Shown piece after piece: positions 22,421-23,360 of a stretch of DNA of 23,360 nt. Every line of letters starts with the position of its first letter. Position 1 is the first letter of the stretch. A program made the position numbers and the translations under genes. The stretch spans positions 1 through 23,360 of IMG/VR virus record IMGVR_UViG_3300005076_000001; one strand, given 5' to 3'. The stretch comes from a virus. Taxonomy: Duplodnaviria > Heunggongvirae > Uroviricota > Caudoviricetes. Below the pieces are notes generated by a model. That model made no database searches. It was given only the letters and a program-made list of their open reading frames with translations, and was not told the DNA's origin.

Positions 22421-23360
22421 ACCTTTAGTGTTTGCACCGGCTTCTGAAAAGCAGAAGTTGGTGCTTATGGACAACCAAGTAGACGTGTTGCTCGTTGGTG
22501 GCGGTGCTGGCGGGGGCAAGTCCACGATTTGCCTCACCAAAAATCTAGACGGTATCAATGACCCCGATTTTATTGCTGTTGTACTTAGGCGGTCGCAGCC
22601 CGAGCTTAAGCGTCCGGGCGGATTGATTAACGAAAGTAAAAGTATCTACCCTCATTTTAAAGGTAAATACGGTTTACAAAGCCTGACATGGAAGTTTCCT
22701 TCCGGTGCTCAAATTAGCTTCGGTGCAATATCAGGCGATAGTGATTTGGGTGGTTGGCAAGGTAGTCAGCTAACTCGTGTAATGATTGATGAAGCAGCAG
22801 AGGAGTGGACACAGCATCAAGTGTTGTTCATGATTTCTCGTATGCGCTCTAAATCAAAAATTCACCCACAGCTTATTATGACAGCCAACCCAAATAAGAA
22901 CAGTTTTCTGTTTGATTGGGTGCAATATTGTCTTGATGAAGATGGTGTGCCAAAGAAAGGGACAGAGAATATTGTACGGTGGTTTACTGTAGAAGATAAC
23001 GTAGCAAAATGGGCAGATAGCCCAGAAGAATGCTATGAACTCTATGGTAAACCAAAAGGTAAGATCATGGCAAAAGGTTTAAGTGATACTGAGATTGCCA
23101 AGATTCCACCACAACTTTTGTTCATTCCAAAGAGCTTCCGCTTCATCCCAACAGGTGTTTACGACAACCCTTACCTTCTTCCTCCTCGTAATAACACCTA
23201 TCTAGCCAACCTTCTGTCGCAACCTCGTGTTAGTCAGCTAAGATTTTTGCTAGGATCATGGACAGCTGTACCAGATGGTGCAAGTTACTTCAAGTCAGAA
23301 AACCTTAAATACATAGACATGCTCCCGCTAGATGACGATATTACGTGGGTTAGGGCTTAC
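22407..23360 (+). CDS. terL: terminase large subunit, 5' part (runs off window)
   Basis: Translated by hand from ATG 22407 (GGAGGAG SD): Walker A GGGAGGGKS, LRRSQPEL, WKFPSGAQISF, Walker B VMIDEA, MTANP coupling motif; 318 codons with no stop. Confidence 0.95.
   Translation, partial: MSKNKPLVFAPASEKQKLVLMDNQVDVLLVGGGAGGGKSTICLTKNLDGINDPDFIAVVLRRSQPELKRPGGLINESKSIYPHFKGKYGLQSLTWKFPSGAQISFGAISGDSDLGGWQGSQLTRVMIDEAAEEWTQHQVLFMISRMRSKSKIHPQLIMTANPNKNSFLFDWVQYCLDEDGVPKKGTENIVRWFTVEDNVAKWADSPEECYELYGKPKGKIMAKGLSDTEIAKIPPQLLFIPKSFRFIPTGVYDNPYLLPPRNNTYLANLLSQPRVSQLRFLLGSWTAVPDGASYFKSENLKYIDMLPLDDDITWVRAY

Overview
Window from a lytic tailed dsDNA phage (Caudoviricetes) with sigma70-type promoters and GGAG Shine-Dalgarno (SD) sites. 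The host cannot be determined from sequence alone. Layout: (1) 1-3300, a + strand cassette of small early-type genes, preceded by a 38-bp tandem repeat that interrupts a DenV-like gene remnant; (2) 3300-4040, a non-coding convergence zone with phased CTATC repeats and inverted repeats; (3) 4046-18921, a long - strand block of small hypothetical genes plus a Ser/Thr metallophosphatase, ClpP-like protease, HNH-like endonuclease, PhoH-like ATPase, macrodomain protein and a 464-aa minimal PolA/T7-RNAP-fold polymerase, with an embedded ~570-nt hairpin-dense non-coding region behind its own promoter; (4) 19185-23360, a + strand block with a possible small terminase, an atypical tRNA-Thr(UGU), thioredoxin, a second HNH-like gene and the 5' part of the terminase large subunit (absent from the ORF track because it runs off the window). 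The best candidate for an undescribed system is the minimal polymerase plus the large structured RNA region, which shares sequence motifs with the polymerase gene's leader. Also notable: an in-frame TAG gene, a frameshifted gene and a 3'-UTR element displaying anti-SD loops. All family calls are by motif recognition, not database search.
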